Positions 1-10,800 of a stretch of DNA of 64,000 nucleotides are shown piece by piece. The notes below the pieces were generated by a model. It was not told where the DNA came from and made no database searches. It saw nothing but the letters and a program-made list of their open reading frames with translations. Made by a program: the position numbers and the translations under genes. Each line of letters opens with the position of its first letter. Position 1 is the stretch's first letter. The stretch comes from a virus. Lineage: Duplodnaviria; Heunggongvirae; Uroviricota; Caudoviricetes. Location: positions 1 through 64,000 of the IMG/VR virus record IMGVR_UViG_3300001598_000046, one strand, 5' to 3'.

Positions 1-2
1 AT

Positions 3-179
3 TATGTTAATGATATCATCAAATATTATGGATATTATTGCAAAACTATTATCGAAATCAAAATTGGTAAATCATATAATCCTGCTCGCGACTCAAAAGA
101 AGTTGAGGACTATAAAACCAAAATCAAAGAAAAAGCTGACTACGTCACACAACATTATTTTGTGAAGTTTGGTGTATAA
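3..179 (+). CDS. 3' end of a gene entering from upstream of the window (product unknown)
   Basis: Frame open from window edge, ends ...HYFVKFGV then TAA at 177-179; hairpin terminator follows. Confidence 0.3.
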   Translation, partial: YVNDIIKYYGYYCKTIIEIKIGKSYNPARDSKEVEDYKTKIKEKADYVTQHYFVKFGV

Positions 180-194
180 CCAACAAAGCATAAT

Positions 195-240
195 AAAACT
201 CCGTATAATCGATTTTAAGCGCGGTTATACGGAGTTTTTT
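195..240. terminator. bidirectional hairpin terminator between convergent genes
   Basis: AAAACTCCGTATAA / TTATACGGAGTTTT inverted repeat with ~16-nt loop, T-run 235-240. Confidence 0.5.
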
Positions 241-283
241 ATTGTAGTTGATAAATTATATCATTTTACTATTTGAAGCGAAA

Positions 284-304
284 ATAGCGCGGTTTATGCG
301 CAAA
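284..304 (+). repeat. GC-rich 21-mer ATAGCGCGGTTTATGCGCAAA (copy 1 of 3)
   Basis: Identical 21-mer at 58009-58029 and near-identical reverse-complement copy at 27567-27591; each sits between a gene stop and a convergent-terminator hairpin. Confidence 0.6.
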
Positions 305-309
305 TTATA

Positions 310-786
310 TTATTGTTTTATTGCAGCTAATATATCTTGTGCCCAATTCCATTTATTGCTGATATATAGTCGCATTCTCACATCAATCATATCAAGTGAT
401 ACGCCAAGCAATGCTTCATCGGTAGAGTAATCAGTTGATTTTTTATCTGAAAACCAAGCGACTCTAAATATTGAACTCATCGATGGTTTTTCGTGTAATA
501 GATGCCAACCCAATTTTGAGAATTTACCTTTGACATTCTCTAAATCCTTCATAATTTTATTATATGATCTTGTTGTGGTTGGGGGTGCTGTATAGGTAAT
601 ATTTATGCCAGTCCCATCCGGAGATGGGGCGATTGATTTTATTTTTATTGATGGAAATATATCTTTCTTAAGTATTGCGATAATATCCGGCTTAAGTTTT
701 TCCATCTTTTTGGCAAGATCTTTTGTATCCTTAATAGTCTTATCTGGTGCCTCAATATCGAGGAGGCTTTCATATAAACTTTTCAT
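310..786 (-). CDS. leader-family protein 1 (N-terminus MKSLYESLLDIEAPDKT), function unknown
   Basis: 158-aa ORF; shares conserved N-terminal leader with 5 other ORFs in the window, rest of protein unrelated. Confidence 0.55.
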   Translation of the reverse strand: MKSLYESLLDIEAPDKTIKDTKDLAKKMEKLKPDIIAILKKDIFPSIKIKSIAPSPDGTGINITYTAPPTTTRSYNKIMKDLENVKGKFSKLGWHLLHEKPSMSSIFRVAWFSDKKSTDYSTDEALLGVSLDMIDVRMRLYISNKWNWAQDILAAIKQ

Positions 787-865
787 CTTGAAGTAAAATA
801 TATCTATATAATGATTTCATTAATAATTGAAGGACCTGACTTAAATATATAATCTCTTAATGGTC

Positions 866-1354
866 TCATTTATAATAATTTAATAATTTTTCAAAAACAT
901 CATAACATAATGACCCATCAAGATCAAATCGTATAAAAACTTTAGTACCATTATGATGCATATATATAATACGCAATGCAAAATTAACCATATGTGTTTT
1001 GGTATTCTCACAATTCCAAAGATATTCATCATAATCTTCGTGGTGCCAATCCTTGAAATATGGTACATATTGATATTGTTTCGAAAATTCACCTTTTATC
1101 TGATTTGCAAATGAACTCAATATATCTTTACGTTGCTGATTTGTAAGTGCATTGGCTTCAAGAATAATACTCTTCGTTGTAATTAATTTTCCATTACCCT
1201 CAAGAGCTACGTGTGCAGTCTTAATATATTTTTTAGGGACTGCAGTTTTATAGATCTCAATAATCTTTTCCTTCTGCAGGTCAAAATCCTTTGCATTACT
1301 CATCGTTTTGTCTGCATATGTAGTACTTAACAGACTTTCATATAATGTTTTCAT
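866..1354 (-). CDS. leader-family protein 2 (N-terminus MKTLYESLLSTTYADKT), function unknown
   Basis: 162-aa ORF directly upstream of family member 1; same leader pattern. Confidence 0.55.
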   Translation of the reverse strand: MKTLYESLLSTTYADKTMSNAKDFDLQKEKIIEIYKTAVPKKYIKTAHVALEGNGKLITTKSIILEANALTNQQRKDILSSFANQIKGEFSKQYQYVPYFKDWHHEDYDEYLWNCENTKTHMVNFALRIIYMHHNGTKVFIRFDLDGSLCYDVFEKLLNYYK

Positions 1355-1381
1355 ACATATATAATAATAAAAGAGTCCCCA

Positions 1382-3142
1382 TTAGGAGACCCTTTTTACT
1401 CTTACATCAAATTTTTCACTCTTGAATAATTTATATTTTGATCTACCTTGGTCAACCAACTTACCTGTTGGAAAATCATCTACCAAATCATATAGGTAGT
1501 ATTTTTCCTTATCATTGGCAAGACAGAGACCACGACCCAAACTTTGCTTATTGATAATTGGTGACTTAAATGATTGCGCAAATACTCCATAATCGAGATT
1601 CTTAAATGTCAACCCGGTACCAACACAACCATAACTTGCAACCAAAATCGCCGCTTTATCATTGAGAAGTTTTTCCTTAATCTGCTCACGTTTCTTATCT
1701 GATGTTTGGCCAGTGATAAGATATATTGGTCTATCAGGGAACCACTCAATAATTCTTGAATGGAGGTATTTGAGATAACTGGTATGATGTGCAAATACGA
1801 TGCAATTCTTTTCGAACCCATTCAATAAATCTCTTAATACTTCCAATCTCTTTTGATCTCGGTGAAGGACCATTTGTTCAAGAAGTAATAAGTTACTACC
1901 ACGATCCTTGCAAAGATCTATATTATAGTTGAGATAATCATCAATTGTGAGTTTATCAGGACCATCATAATCATCTGCAACTCTTTCCTTCATCTCACGG
2001 AGGACCAATGGAAATTCCTTTTCTAACTCGATAGTAAACTCACGCTTCTCAATTGGTAATTTGCGCTCCACCTTTTCACCATTAATCTTATCAACAACGG
2101 TGACACTATTAAGGTACTCGGCACACTTAATATAATTATCGCGTTGTTCATCAGTCATTGGATGAGGGATATAGATTTGAGTAATATCAATTGGAGTGAT
2201 ATATCCACCATCCATCAATTCTTTTGAACGAATATCCTGAATGGTTGGCCCCATTAATGCGTGGCAACAAAATGATTCAATCGTATCCTCAGGTGGTAAT
2301 GAACCAGAGAAACCAAACTTGACTTTGACGTCCTTTATAAATGGTTGCTCGAGAATAGTATTGATAGATTTGCATTTTAGTGTATGCGCTTCATCAACCA
2401 AGATAACATCATAATCATCAAAGAAATGTGGATCATATTTTGCATTGGTTTTATCAGCACGCATTACAAGACTTTGGAATGTTCCGATGGTTAGATTCGA
2501 ACCCTCCTGAAGCTCACCACCAGCCCATACAGTTTCCATCTTAAAGAACTCTGCATAGTCAGTAAAATCTCCAACTGCTTGCTTAACCAATGATTTGGCT
2601 GGAACAATCATTAGGATCTTTTTGGCTCCTTGTTTTTCCATCAAATAACGGAAAACCATATAAGCAACCAAAGTTTTACCAGCACGTGTTGCCAACTGAC
2701 TCAATGATTGACGATATTTGAGGATGAGCCAAGCAGCACGATATTGATATTCATATGGGCAAAGTGATATCTCCCAAGAATTGACATACTCCTTCCACTC
2801 TTCAAAAGACATATTGAATCCTGTGTACTTGAAGTAATTGAATTGTTCAGGAAGTTGGAGAACGATATTCTTTTTTTGACACCACAATTGAATATTCCTC
2901 CACAAACCACTATGGCAGTAGTAGAGGACGCGGCCCATTTTTGTATGTTTCTTTTTTAGGAATATTTCAGGAGTTGGTGTACCCTTAAATGATGGCAAAA
3001 AATGATGAGATGGAATCTTATTGAGAAAATCTTCAAGATTTGGTGTCTTATGTTTCTTACCTTTTTGAGATTGTAATTCTAATTCATCTCCAATAAAGAA
3101 GATGTTACGCATATCATTTGGGTTATACTTAAGCTCTATCAT
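1382..3142 (-). CDS. superfamily-2 DEAH-box DNA helicase
   Basis: Motif I ATRAGKTLVA, motif II ILVDEAHTLK, motif VI-like QSLGRGLCLA; 586 aa. Confidence 0.8.
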   Translation of the reverse strand: MIELKYNPNDMRNIFFIGDELELQSQKGKKHKTPNLEDFLNKIPSHHFLPSFKGTPTPEIFLKKKHTKMGRVLYYCHSGLWRNIQLWCQKKNIVLQLPEQFNYFKYTGFNMSFEEWKEYVNSWEISLCPYEYQYRAAWLILKYRQSLSQLATRAGKTLVAYMVFRYLMEKQGAKKILMIVPAKSLVKQAVGDFTDYAEFFKMETVWAGGELQEGSNLTIGTFQSLVMRADKTNAKYDPHFFDDYDVILVDEAHTLKCKSINTILEQPFIKDVKVKFGFSGSLPPEDTIESFCCHALMGPTIQDIRSKELMDGGYITPIDITQIYIPHPMTDEQRDNYIKCAEYLNSVTVVDKINGEKVERKLPIEKREFTIELEKEFPLVLREMKERVADDYDGPDKLTIDDYLNYNIDLCKDRGSNLLLLEQMVLHRDQKRLEVLRDLLNGFEKNCIVFAHHTSYLKYLHSRIIEWFPDRPIYLITGQTSDKKREQIKEKLLNDKAAILVASYGCVGTGLTFKNLDYGVFAQSFKSPIINKQSLGRGLCLANDKEKYYLYDLVDDFPTGKLVDQGRSKYKLFKSEKFDVRVKRVS

Positions 3143-3738
3143 ATTCCAAAATATTTCATATTCTTATGGATAGCAACTATTTGTTTTTGATAGAAGTTTT
3201 GTATACCAATCATAAATTTGCTCCACCATTCAGGATCTTCACGATAGATGATACAACCGGCATCTTTCAATTGTAGTTGCCCAATACCAATATTGACAAT
3301 GTTCATACATTCCCAACTTACCAATGTAATGGGATTGAATCGAACTCTATCTATATATATACGATTTCCTGCCAAACTATAGTCCACAATCATCAAATCA
3401 AAATAATTTTTTTGATCTTTCTTAAAAAAATCATATAACCTCTTGATTGATACAAGATTTGGTGAACTTTTATGTGCACTCTTACAATGAGTTTTGATAT
3501 CAATAACATGCCGCCCATCATCATTGATTATGCAGTCAGCCATCGCCTTGCGGCTGAGTTTATCAGAATGCACAAACTTTTGAGGATTATGGTCATAAAA
3601 CTCATCAAGAATATCTGAGATCCATTCCTGCATAGCATCACCAATTATACGGGGTGATGTTTTGACTGGAAACTCCTTTTGTTCATATTCTTTGACAAGC
3701 CTATTGAATACGTATGTTTCGATCTCGTGGTAATTCAC
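3139..3738 (-). CDS. hypothetical protein, possible PD-(D/E)xK nuclease fold
   Basis: 199-aa ORF; DDGRHVIDIKTHCK resembles D...(D/E)xK core; weak. Confidence 0.35.
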   Translation of the reverse strand: MNYHEIETYVFNRLVKEYEQKEFPVKTSPRIIGDAMQEWISDILDEFYDHNPQKFVHSDKLSRKAMADCIINDDGRHVIDIKTHCKSAHKSSPNLVSIKRLYDFFKKDQKNYFDLMIVDYSLAGNRIYIDRVRFNPITLVSWECMNIVNIGIGQLQLKDAGCIIYREDPEWWSKFMIGIQNFYQKQIVAIHKNMKYFGI

Positions 3739-4001
3739 TTTCTCATCCCATCGAAAAATTTACTACACCAATATTTGACCGGATATAATGGTGAAAATAT
3801 GAATGTTTCGAAATGAGTACCAACCACATATGTCTCATCCAAATTTGCCTTTAGATCACAAACAGCAACAACATATGCCTCATTAGTGAAGTTCAGAACC
3901 CTTTCATCAAGCTTGTTTGGTCTTGAAAGAAGGAATGAAGCACGATATTTTTTATCTTCTCCATTCGAATGGATCGTAATAATTGGCCTATAAAATTTCA
4001 T
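3735..4001 (-). CDS. hypothetical protein
   Basis: 88-aa ORF in tightly packed minus-strand block with 4-nt overlaps. Confidence 0.3.
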   Translation of the reverse strand: MKFYRPIITIHSNGEDKKYRASFLLSRPNKLDERVLNFTNEAYVVAVCDLKANLDETYVVGTHFETFIFSPLYPVKYWCSKFFDGMRK

Positions 4002-4240
4002 TTCTTTTTGATATTTAGTTTATTTTCAAATTTTATTAACATTTCTTCAAAATTGGCCATCGCCGCACCAAAATCATATTTGACTACCCGGAAAAGATCG
4101 GTGGTATATGTTGAGCCTTCTTTATCAATACATAATCGTACTTTCCAAGGGTTTTTCGCCTTACCTTTGACGAATGATATAACTCTTGCAGGGACCAATT
4201 CCCAACCACGACCAGCACGACCAACCTTAACCCATATCAC
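3998..4240 (-). CDS. hypothetical protein
   Basis: 80-aa ORF, start/stop overlap with neighbours. Confidence 0.3.
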   Translation of the reverse strand: MIWVKVGRAGRGWELVPARVISFVKGKAKNPWKVRLCIDKEGSTYTTDLFRVVKYDFGAAMANFEEMLIKFENKLNIKKK

Positions 4241-4462
4241 TCAATCACCAATATGAAGTGGATGATAAAGACTATCATATATCTCCTTTTCATTACAAAA
4301 ATATTCCTGAAATGGTCGAATAATTCCTGTGATCATTGATATATGATTGATATTTTCGTACATATCTTCATATCTTTTGATTTCGGATGCTGCATCAGCT
4401 CTGTATAAATCACCAGGATTTTCGAGAAGAACCTTTGTCTTTTTTTTCAAGATTCGGATCAA
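4241..4462 (-). CDS. hypothetical protein
   Basis: 73-aa ORF in operon-like array. Confidence 0.3.
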   Translation of the reverse strand: MIRILKKKTKVLLENPGDLYRADAASEIKRYEDMYENINHISMITGIIRPFQEYFCNEKEIYDSLYHPLHIGD

Positions 4463-4468
4463 TCAAAC

Positions 4469-5287
4469 TCATCTTCTTTCGATATCATTATAATGGTAAA
4501 TTACATCCAATGCAATATTGCGGATGATCCATACCAAATTCTCAAGTGGTCCATCAATTGTTACAGTATAATCATAACGCGAATCACCTTTAAGCAAATC
4601 CAAACCGCCCTTCTTTTTATGTGATGGGCGCTCAACTTTGATAATGATTCCACCATTATCTCTTATATATGTTGTTTCGGTGCGTGATTTGACATCGGCA
4701 AATATCTTATATTGGTTCTCCTCATCAAATAATCCATTATAGAATCGTTTGTTTGCAACCAAAGACTTAACCCAAACATTTGCACCAAATGACCCCTGCA
4801 TTATATGGAGACCAAAATAAATGATCAATTCACGTAAGGTCATATAAGTATCATGTTCAACAATATGCCCTGGCTCATCCTTGACAAAGAGGTAATAATC
4901 ATCCGCAGTATATAAGTTGAGTTTTGAGATATCTTCATAAATAGCATTACTAAAATCTTTCATATTAATTATCATATGATCCTTCAAGTAATCACTATTC
5001 ATATCCTTCATACTTACACCAATGAGCATTGAGAGGAGCATCTTTGGACCATCACCAAAACCCTCAATGATTACGTGGCGACAATCCATATAATTCAAAG
5101 CAGTTTCACCAGCCTCATCAGGTGGAGCCACGATTGCCTCACACCATTGGTCGAAAGATTTTTTGAACTCTTCGGTTGATATCTCATTATCTTTATGTCG
5201 AGTATAGAACTCTATGGCATTTGCCAAGAGATATGATATTGTTGATTTGCCAGCACCACGATGGCCTCGTATTCCGATTATTTTCAT
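4469..5287 (-). CDS. deoxynucleoside monophosphate kinase-like P-loop kinase (T4 gp1-like)
   Basis: N-terminal Walker A MKIIGIRGHRGAGKST resembles T4 gp1 MKLIFLSGVKRSGKDT; C-terminal IIKVERPSH resembles gp1 VIHVVRPG. Confidence 0.55.
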   Translation of the reverse strand: MKIIGIRGHRGAGKSTISYLLANAIEFYTRHKDNEISTEEFKKSFDQWCEAIVAPPDEAGETALNYMDCRHVIIEGFGDGPKMLLSMLIGVSMKDMNSDYLKDHMIINMKDFSNAIYEDISKLNLYTADDYYLFVKDEPGHIVEHDTYMTLRELIIYFGLHIMQGSFGANVWVKSLVANKRFYNGLFDEENQYKIFADVKSRTETTYIRDNGGIIIKVERPSHKKKGGLDLLKGDSRYDYTVTIDGPLENLVWIIRNIALDVIYHYNDIERR

Positions 5288-5661
5288 TCGATCTTAATTT
5301 TTTTCATAATATCTTCAGCTCTCTTCAATAGAGTATCAACATCTTCAGGTTCCATCTTTTCTGTATTGAGTGTCTTGACTCTTAATGTGAATTGATCGAC
5401 ATTTGATGTATACATTGGAACAACCATCACCAAAACCGAACCATCATCAAATTGCTCAATGAATGAGTCACGGATATTTTCGATATTACGAGTGACTGTC
5501 GAAATCGATGCACAAGTTGGGAACATAACCGTTAGTACGATGATAAGTTTATCCTTATTTGGTATAGTCGTAGGGTTGACAATTTTTGTTCCTAACATTG
5601 CGGCCTTTGCCAAATTCATAACAATATTATTCAGGTTCTCCTGAAACACTTTCTCAAACAT
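5284..5661 (-). CDS. hypothetical protein
   Basis: 125-aa ORF, 4-nt overlap with downstream kinase gene. Confidence 0.35.
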   Translation of the reverse strand: MFEKVFQENLNNIVMNLAKAAMLGTKIVNPTTIPNKDKLIIVLTVMFPTCASISTVTRNIENIRDSFIEQFDDGSVLVMVVPMYTSNVDQFTLRVKTLNTEKMEPEDVDTLLKRAEDIMKKIKIE

Positions 5662-6025
5662 TATCCTTTATATCAAAATATTTTTCATAAATTAGTTTCT
5701 TATATCTTTCCTTCCAATCAATACTCATATCAAATCCTGATTCTGCAATTTGATTAAATATATCGGGTAATGATTCGATAATCATATTAACCGTTTCATT
5801 TACTCCACGTTTATATCCCTGTACTACACCAAAATAGCAGCCACTCTCAAATGCATCTGTTGGATCTTCCAACTGAGTTTGTGCACCTGATAATGTGACC
5901 GCTTCTATAATTGCGTCAGCGAACTCTTTTCCTTTTTCTTCGAGATTCATTTCTTCTCTCTCGTCTATTTTTTGGATATCGTGATGCGATATCAAATCCT
6001 TCATATATGAGCCAATTATAACCAT
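5654..6025 (-). CDS. hypothetical protein
   Basis: 123-aa acidic ORF. Confidence 0.35.
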   Translation of the reverse strand: MVIIGSYMKDLISHHDIQKIDEREEMNLEEKGKEFADAIIEAVTLSGAQTQLEDPTDAFESGCYFGVVQGYKRGVNETVNMIIESLPDIFNQIAESGFDMSIDWKERYKKLIYEKYFDIKDNV

Positions 6026-6103
6026 TCAGATCATAGTAGGCCACGGATGGAGCACTTTTTCTATTTGGCCGTTTACCATTGTTTTCCATCATCAATCTTC
6101 AAA

Positions 6104-6313
6104 TTAATCTAAAAATGTCGTCCAAAATACACATACGAAGATAAATATACCCATTCCACCGGCCATCTCCAAACCAACACGAATATTATCACGAGTATCT
6201 TCTCTGATGAACGTGAGGCGCTTTACGATTGGATCGAGGATCAGAGCAAGGATTGCAATCACGAATGCCACGATCGAAATAGTTAATGCACCATTGAAGT
6301 AAGCCTGTGTCAT
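6104..6313 (-). CDS. small membrane protein
   Basis: 69 aa, long hydrophobic segment ISIVAFVIAILALILDPIV and C-terminal GIFIFVCVFWTTF. Confidence 0.4.
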   Translation of the reverse strand: MTQAYFNGALTISIVAFVIAILALILDPIVKRLTFIREDTRDNIRVGLEMAGGMGIFIFVCVFWTTFLD

Positions 6314-6323
6314 ATCATTGTTA

Positions 6324-6395
6324 TAGGAGGGGTTGGTTTTGATCTCCTACACTTATATATAACAAATGATGATAAAAACTTTAGTCATTTTTATC
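6324..6395 (-). promoter_or_regulatory. 5' leader cassette of gene 6104..6313: hairpin (CTTTAGT loop) - ATATATAACAAA box - hairpin with GGGTTGGTTTTGAT loop
   Basis: Stem TAGGAG(6324-6329)/CTCCTA(6344-6349) with 14-nt loop; box 6355-6366; stem GATAAAAA(6371-6378)/TTTTTATC(6388-6395) with loop CTTTAGTCA. Confidence 0.45.
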
Positions 6396-6542
6396 CGAAT
6401 TTCTTTCGATATTCATACATTGTGGCTCCATCAAACTTGCATTAAGTGGTCGCATATGATAATTACAATAGTTATTATAATGATCTCTATATGGACACAT
6501 TGTGCAATCACCACGTTCTCTATTTTGTGCCATTATCTTATA

Positions 6543-7874
6543 CTAATTTATCTTTGATACCGCATCAAATAATACATCAGGATTAATATTATATTTGACC
6601 TGATTACGCTGCATTTGTTCAATTACTGATTGGAGAATTTGGCTGATACGCGCTATTGATAATCCCTCCTGAGCAGCAATCTCTTTTGGTTCTAATTCAC
6701 GTGGCATACCAATACCAAACTTCTTGAGGAACACTGAACGATCTCTTGGTTTGACACCATCCAATAATTTATCAAGACCATTCTTGAATATATCATATGC
6801 CTCGGCAGCTTCCATATCGGAAACGTGGTCATCCTCCATATTCAATATATCACTAAACTTTGTATCATTATCATCACCGATTGGTGCATCAATATCCAAT
6901 GTCACCTCCTTACGATATGATCCATACTTGAGTTTATCATTATATATATCCGACTTTGGTTTCTTAACCAATCGAGAATAATTATCTATCTCAATCAAGA
7001 TATATGCGCGGATCCACATAAATGCCACAGAGTTGAATGTGGCATTTTTGACATTATGCTTGACCCAAGCAATAACATCATTTCTCATAAATGGTTTCCA
7101 AGTTATTGATGACCAATTTGATGGGATTGGAGTAGCCTCCATATCCTTCAATTCATCATCATTCTTTTGTTCTGTTGATTCGGCAATAGCAATAGATGCG
7201 AAGGCTTTGACAAATTTTTTTCGTATCCCACCATATTTGAGGTATTGTTGGATCTTATTAATAATTTCACCACCATTGGCATTTTCAGGTAATTCCTCCA
7301 ATGCTTCTAACATATCTTCCTTGAGTTTGGCTCTATTTGGATCATATTTTTTGAATGATTCAATCAGGCCATAATTGCCGGCGGAAATAAGTTCCTCCAA
7401 ACTCAAACCCAATCCCTGATATCCTTTGGCAATACTGATAACAGTTTTAAGGTTCATCTCAATAAGTTTATCTCTATTCTCCTCACAATATTCAATATTA
7501 TAGTTATTACCATTCTTATCATATGCCTTACTTACATCACGAAAATATTGTTGTAATGTTCCACGTTCAGCATCAGGGAGCATAGCCTTACTCGTTAATG
7601 CTTCTGCCGCAGAGGATAATGGAATATCATTACTGAGACTATATCTAATAACCGCCGATATATAGAATGATGCATCGGTTTGTGGCTTGAGCTTTATATA
7701 TTTGTTATATGACTCATACAAATCCGGGAGTGAATCAAAAACCGCTTCATTTGTTTTATCTTCATACTCATCAATGAGTTCAACATTGTTCTTCTTTAGA
7801 TTGTCAAACTTCTTCTCAAAAGTTTCATAAACCATCTCATATCTTTCGTATTTTTCATATAACAAATATATCAA
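6543..7874 (-). CDS. RNA polymerase sigma-70 family factor (regions 2 and 4 present, insertion between 2.2 and 2.3)
   Basis: Region 2.2 GNYGLIESFKKYDP; region 2.3/2.4 FNSVAFMWIRAYILIEI..RLVKKP (cf. FSTYATWWIRQAITRAI..RTIRIP); region 4.2 HTH FGIGMP..EIAAQEGLSIARISQILQSVIEQM. Confidence 0.65.
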   Translation of the reverse strand: MIYLLYEKYERYEMVYETFEKKFDNLKKNNVELIDEYEDKTNEAVFDSLPDLYESYNKYIKLKPQTDASFYISAVIRYSLSNDIPLSSAAEALTSKAMLPDAERGTLQQYFRDVSKAYDKNGNNYNIEYCEENRDKLIEMNLKTVISIAKGYQGLGLSLEELISAGNYGLIESFKKYDPNRAKLKEDMLEALEELPENANGGEIINKIQQYLKYGGIRKKFVKAFASIAIAESTEQKNDDELKDMEATPIPSNWSSITWKPFMRNDVIAWVKHNVKNATFNSVAFMWIRAYILIEIDNYSRLVKKPKSDIYNDKLKYGSYRKEVTLDIDAPIGDDNDTKFSDILNMEDDHVSDMEAAEAYDIFKNGLDKLLDGVKPRDRSVFLKKFGIGMPRELEPKEIAAQEGLSIARISQILQSVIEQMQRNQVKYNINPDVLFDAVSKIN

Positions 7875-7889
7875 GTCATTACAAAATAT

Positions 7890-10800
7890 TTAGTCATTAT
7901 TATCGGTTTCTGGAATTGCCTCACAATGAATGACTTCCATATCAACTTCATTATTATCCAAGAAGCCTGCCAACTCAAATGTGTGTTCGTTTGCGCCGAG
8001 TTTTTCGAGTTCATCCTTTTCTTTCCATAAGAGCTCAACTTTCTCAAGTTTTACGATACCCTCCTTATTTGGTCTCGACATTTTGACAAGACACTTGAAT
8101 ATCTCTTCGAATTTCTTACGGATCGTTTCCATTGTATATTGCGCCATATTAATCTTGACTCTATCATCAGATTCTTTGCGAGCATAACTCATTGCATAGT
8201 TACTAATGAAATTCATCACATCCACCTTCTTGACCTTATCATATTGGCAGAAATCATATATATGGTTCATATAGTCTTGAATTGGAATATCCAAACGATG
8301 GTTCTTCTCATTATATACAAGATTAATAAGAAGTTTGATACGTTTGATGGCTGCAAAATTGAATGAACGATTCTTATTTCTACAAAAATCAAAAATATCC
8401 TTAATATCTTCTACCATATATTGTTTTGACATACTTACGAAGATTGGAACCACCTTTTCGAATACTTCAATATTCTTAACAATCATTACCTTTTTATTGG
8501 CATCCTCCTTCCAATCATCTCCCTTACGGATCTCATAAAGACCCTGAAGAACATCGTGGTAGATTGACAAACGATCCTCAGTAATGAGATCCATCAACTC
8601 CTCAACATGTGATGTATTGGCTGCCATTCTATCATCATACGCAAGCTTAACCATATTTTTGAGATCAGAGAATATCTCACCATCCTCAAGCTTGAATCCA
8701 CCCAAATCTTTTGATGTTACCTCATAACCATAAGCCATCATACCCTTCATAAGTACCGGTAATTGCTGGACATATTCTCTATATTTGCGCTCAAAATATA
8801 TGACCTTATAAGCGATTTCATTGAGGTAGTATTTATTTTCCACCTCATTATATTCAATAAATTTATTATCGTGAATGATTGATGCAACCAATGAATTATA
8901 CTTATATTCAATAGGGTTACGTTCGATCATTGAGTTACATAAACGAAGAATGGATTGCACATCTTTTATCTCTTCATCATTCAATTTGAAGTTCATTTGT
9001 CTAAATTTATGGATACTACGACTATTTCCATCTGCATCATTTTTTGAGATATATAGACGAATGAATAGGTCATTTGAACGAAGACGATTGGCAAACTGTT
9101 CAACCTCCTGAGGCATCATCAAATCATCAAAATAGATATTGAATCTGAATTTATCCAATATATCCACACCCACGGATAGATAGTTTGAGCACATAAGAAT
9201 TTGTGTATCCTTAATTGTCTTCTCAAAGTTCACATCATCCATAAACTCCTCGCCAAGATTCGACTTCTTGTAATATTTGAGGTTAATTTCATTGAACTCA
9301 CAATACTCATGTTCCATAAAATATTGGACAGCTGCTTTGACCTGATCGGAGAATAACGTACCTTTATTGGTAGGGAATAGTACGCGCCGACCCTCATATA
9401 TATCTTTAGCCATTGCGCGACACATATGATAGAAGAGATCATTTGGTGTTTCTACCATATTGACGAGGAACTCCTTTTTACGAATATCTTCCTTAATAAC
9501 CTTCAAATGAACTATATCAGGGAAGAATACTGTCTCGCCACTTGGTGTACCCGACATTAATATAATTGGCACTTCAGTATTACGGATCATCTCAACAATT
9601 TTTGACATTACTGGACGATACTCAGATTGGAACATCAAGTGTGACTCATCAATAATGATGTAATCAAAACCATTAGCCTTGATATCCATCAAGTTCATAT
9701 ATGAGAACTTATCAATGGTCATACTAACACCATTTGTCATATCCAAACGTGGTTTGCGCGATCCATACGAATAATACCAATCTTTCTCACCTTCAACCTT
9801 TGATTTGATGGTTGACGTAAATGGCATAACCATAATGACTTTCTTGCCATCTTTGACAAGGCTCTTAATCATCTCAGTCTTACCAACACCGGCACCCGCT
9901 TCAATCAATGTTACTCTCCCAATATTATCAAGCAATTGCCATTTGATATTACCCAAATACTCATCTTTTGTTATATAGAAGGTCTTATTGAATTTTGATT
10001 CATGAATAAGTGTTGGATTATCAATTTTATCAACACTATTGAATAATGAACCTTCATCCAACGAAGTATCCTGAATATTGAGTTTGATCTTGAAGCCGTG
10101 TTGAGTGTTAAGTCTATTCACAGCCCAAACATCAACTGGTTTCTCGTGACGTGCTGCCGTTACACAGTCTGCCTGCAACTCCTTATCCGAAATATTATTC
10201 GAACATACCATACGGAGATACTTATATCCTTGCTCCAATCCATACAACTGCACCAACGTATTGGCCAAACGCCATCTTTCGTGGTGCTTATAGTGAACCT
10301 TATTGTGTGTATCAGTTGTGAGTTCCGCAGCCTCCTTAACATCAATCTTCAAATCATCACCATTATCCTCTTCAAACCATTCCCAACGCTTAAATATCTC
10401 CTTTAGATCAGGATATGTAACCCAATCAATATCAGGATGTCCAAGATCCTCAACATTATCGAAGTTAATATATATGAAATCTTCGAAAAATCTTGTACTG
10501 ATCATTGGATGAGCATCATAACCAATGAATGCACCTTGTTGTGGTTTGAACATTGCAAGGTCCATCCACTTCAATAAATCATCCTTACCAAACCCAAGTC
10601 TTTCCATTGCACTCAGGCAAGATATATATACGAATGAATATTTGTGGCGGAAGTTGGTAAGATATAGGAGTTTCTTACGGTGACCATCCTTTTGATCGGC
10701 CTCTGCCACAGTAATTTTGGTATAGATATGGAGGCCCTTACCTGAGCTTGATAGTGTTGCCCCCAAGAACCAGTTACATTTATGTAGGCAATTGAATATA

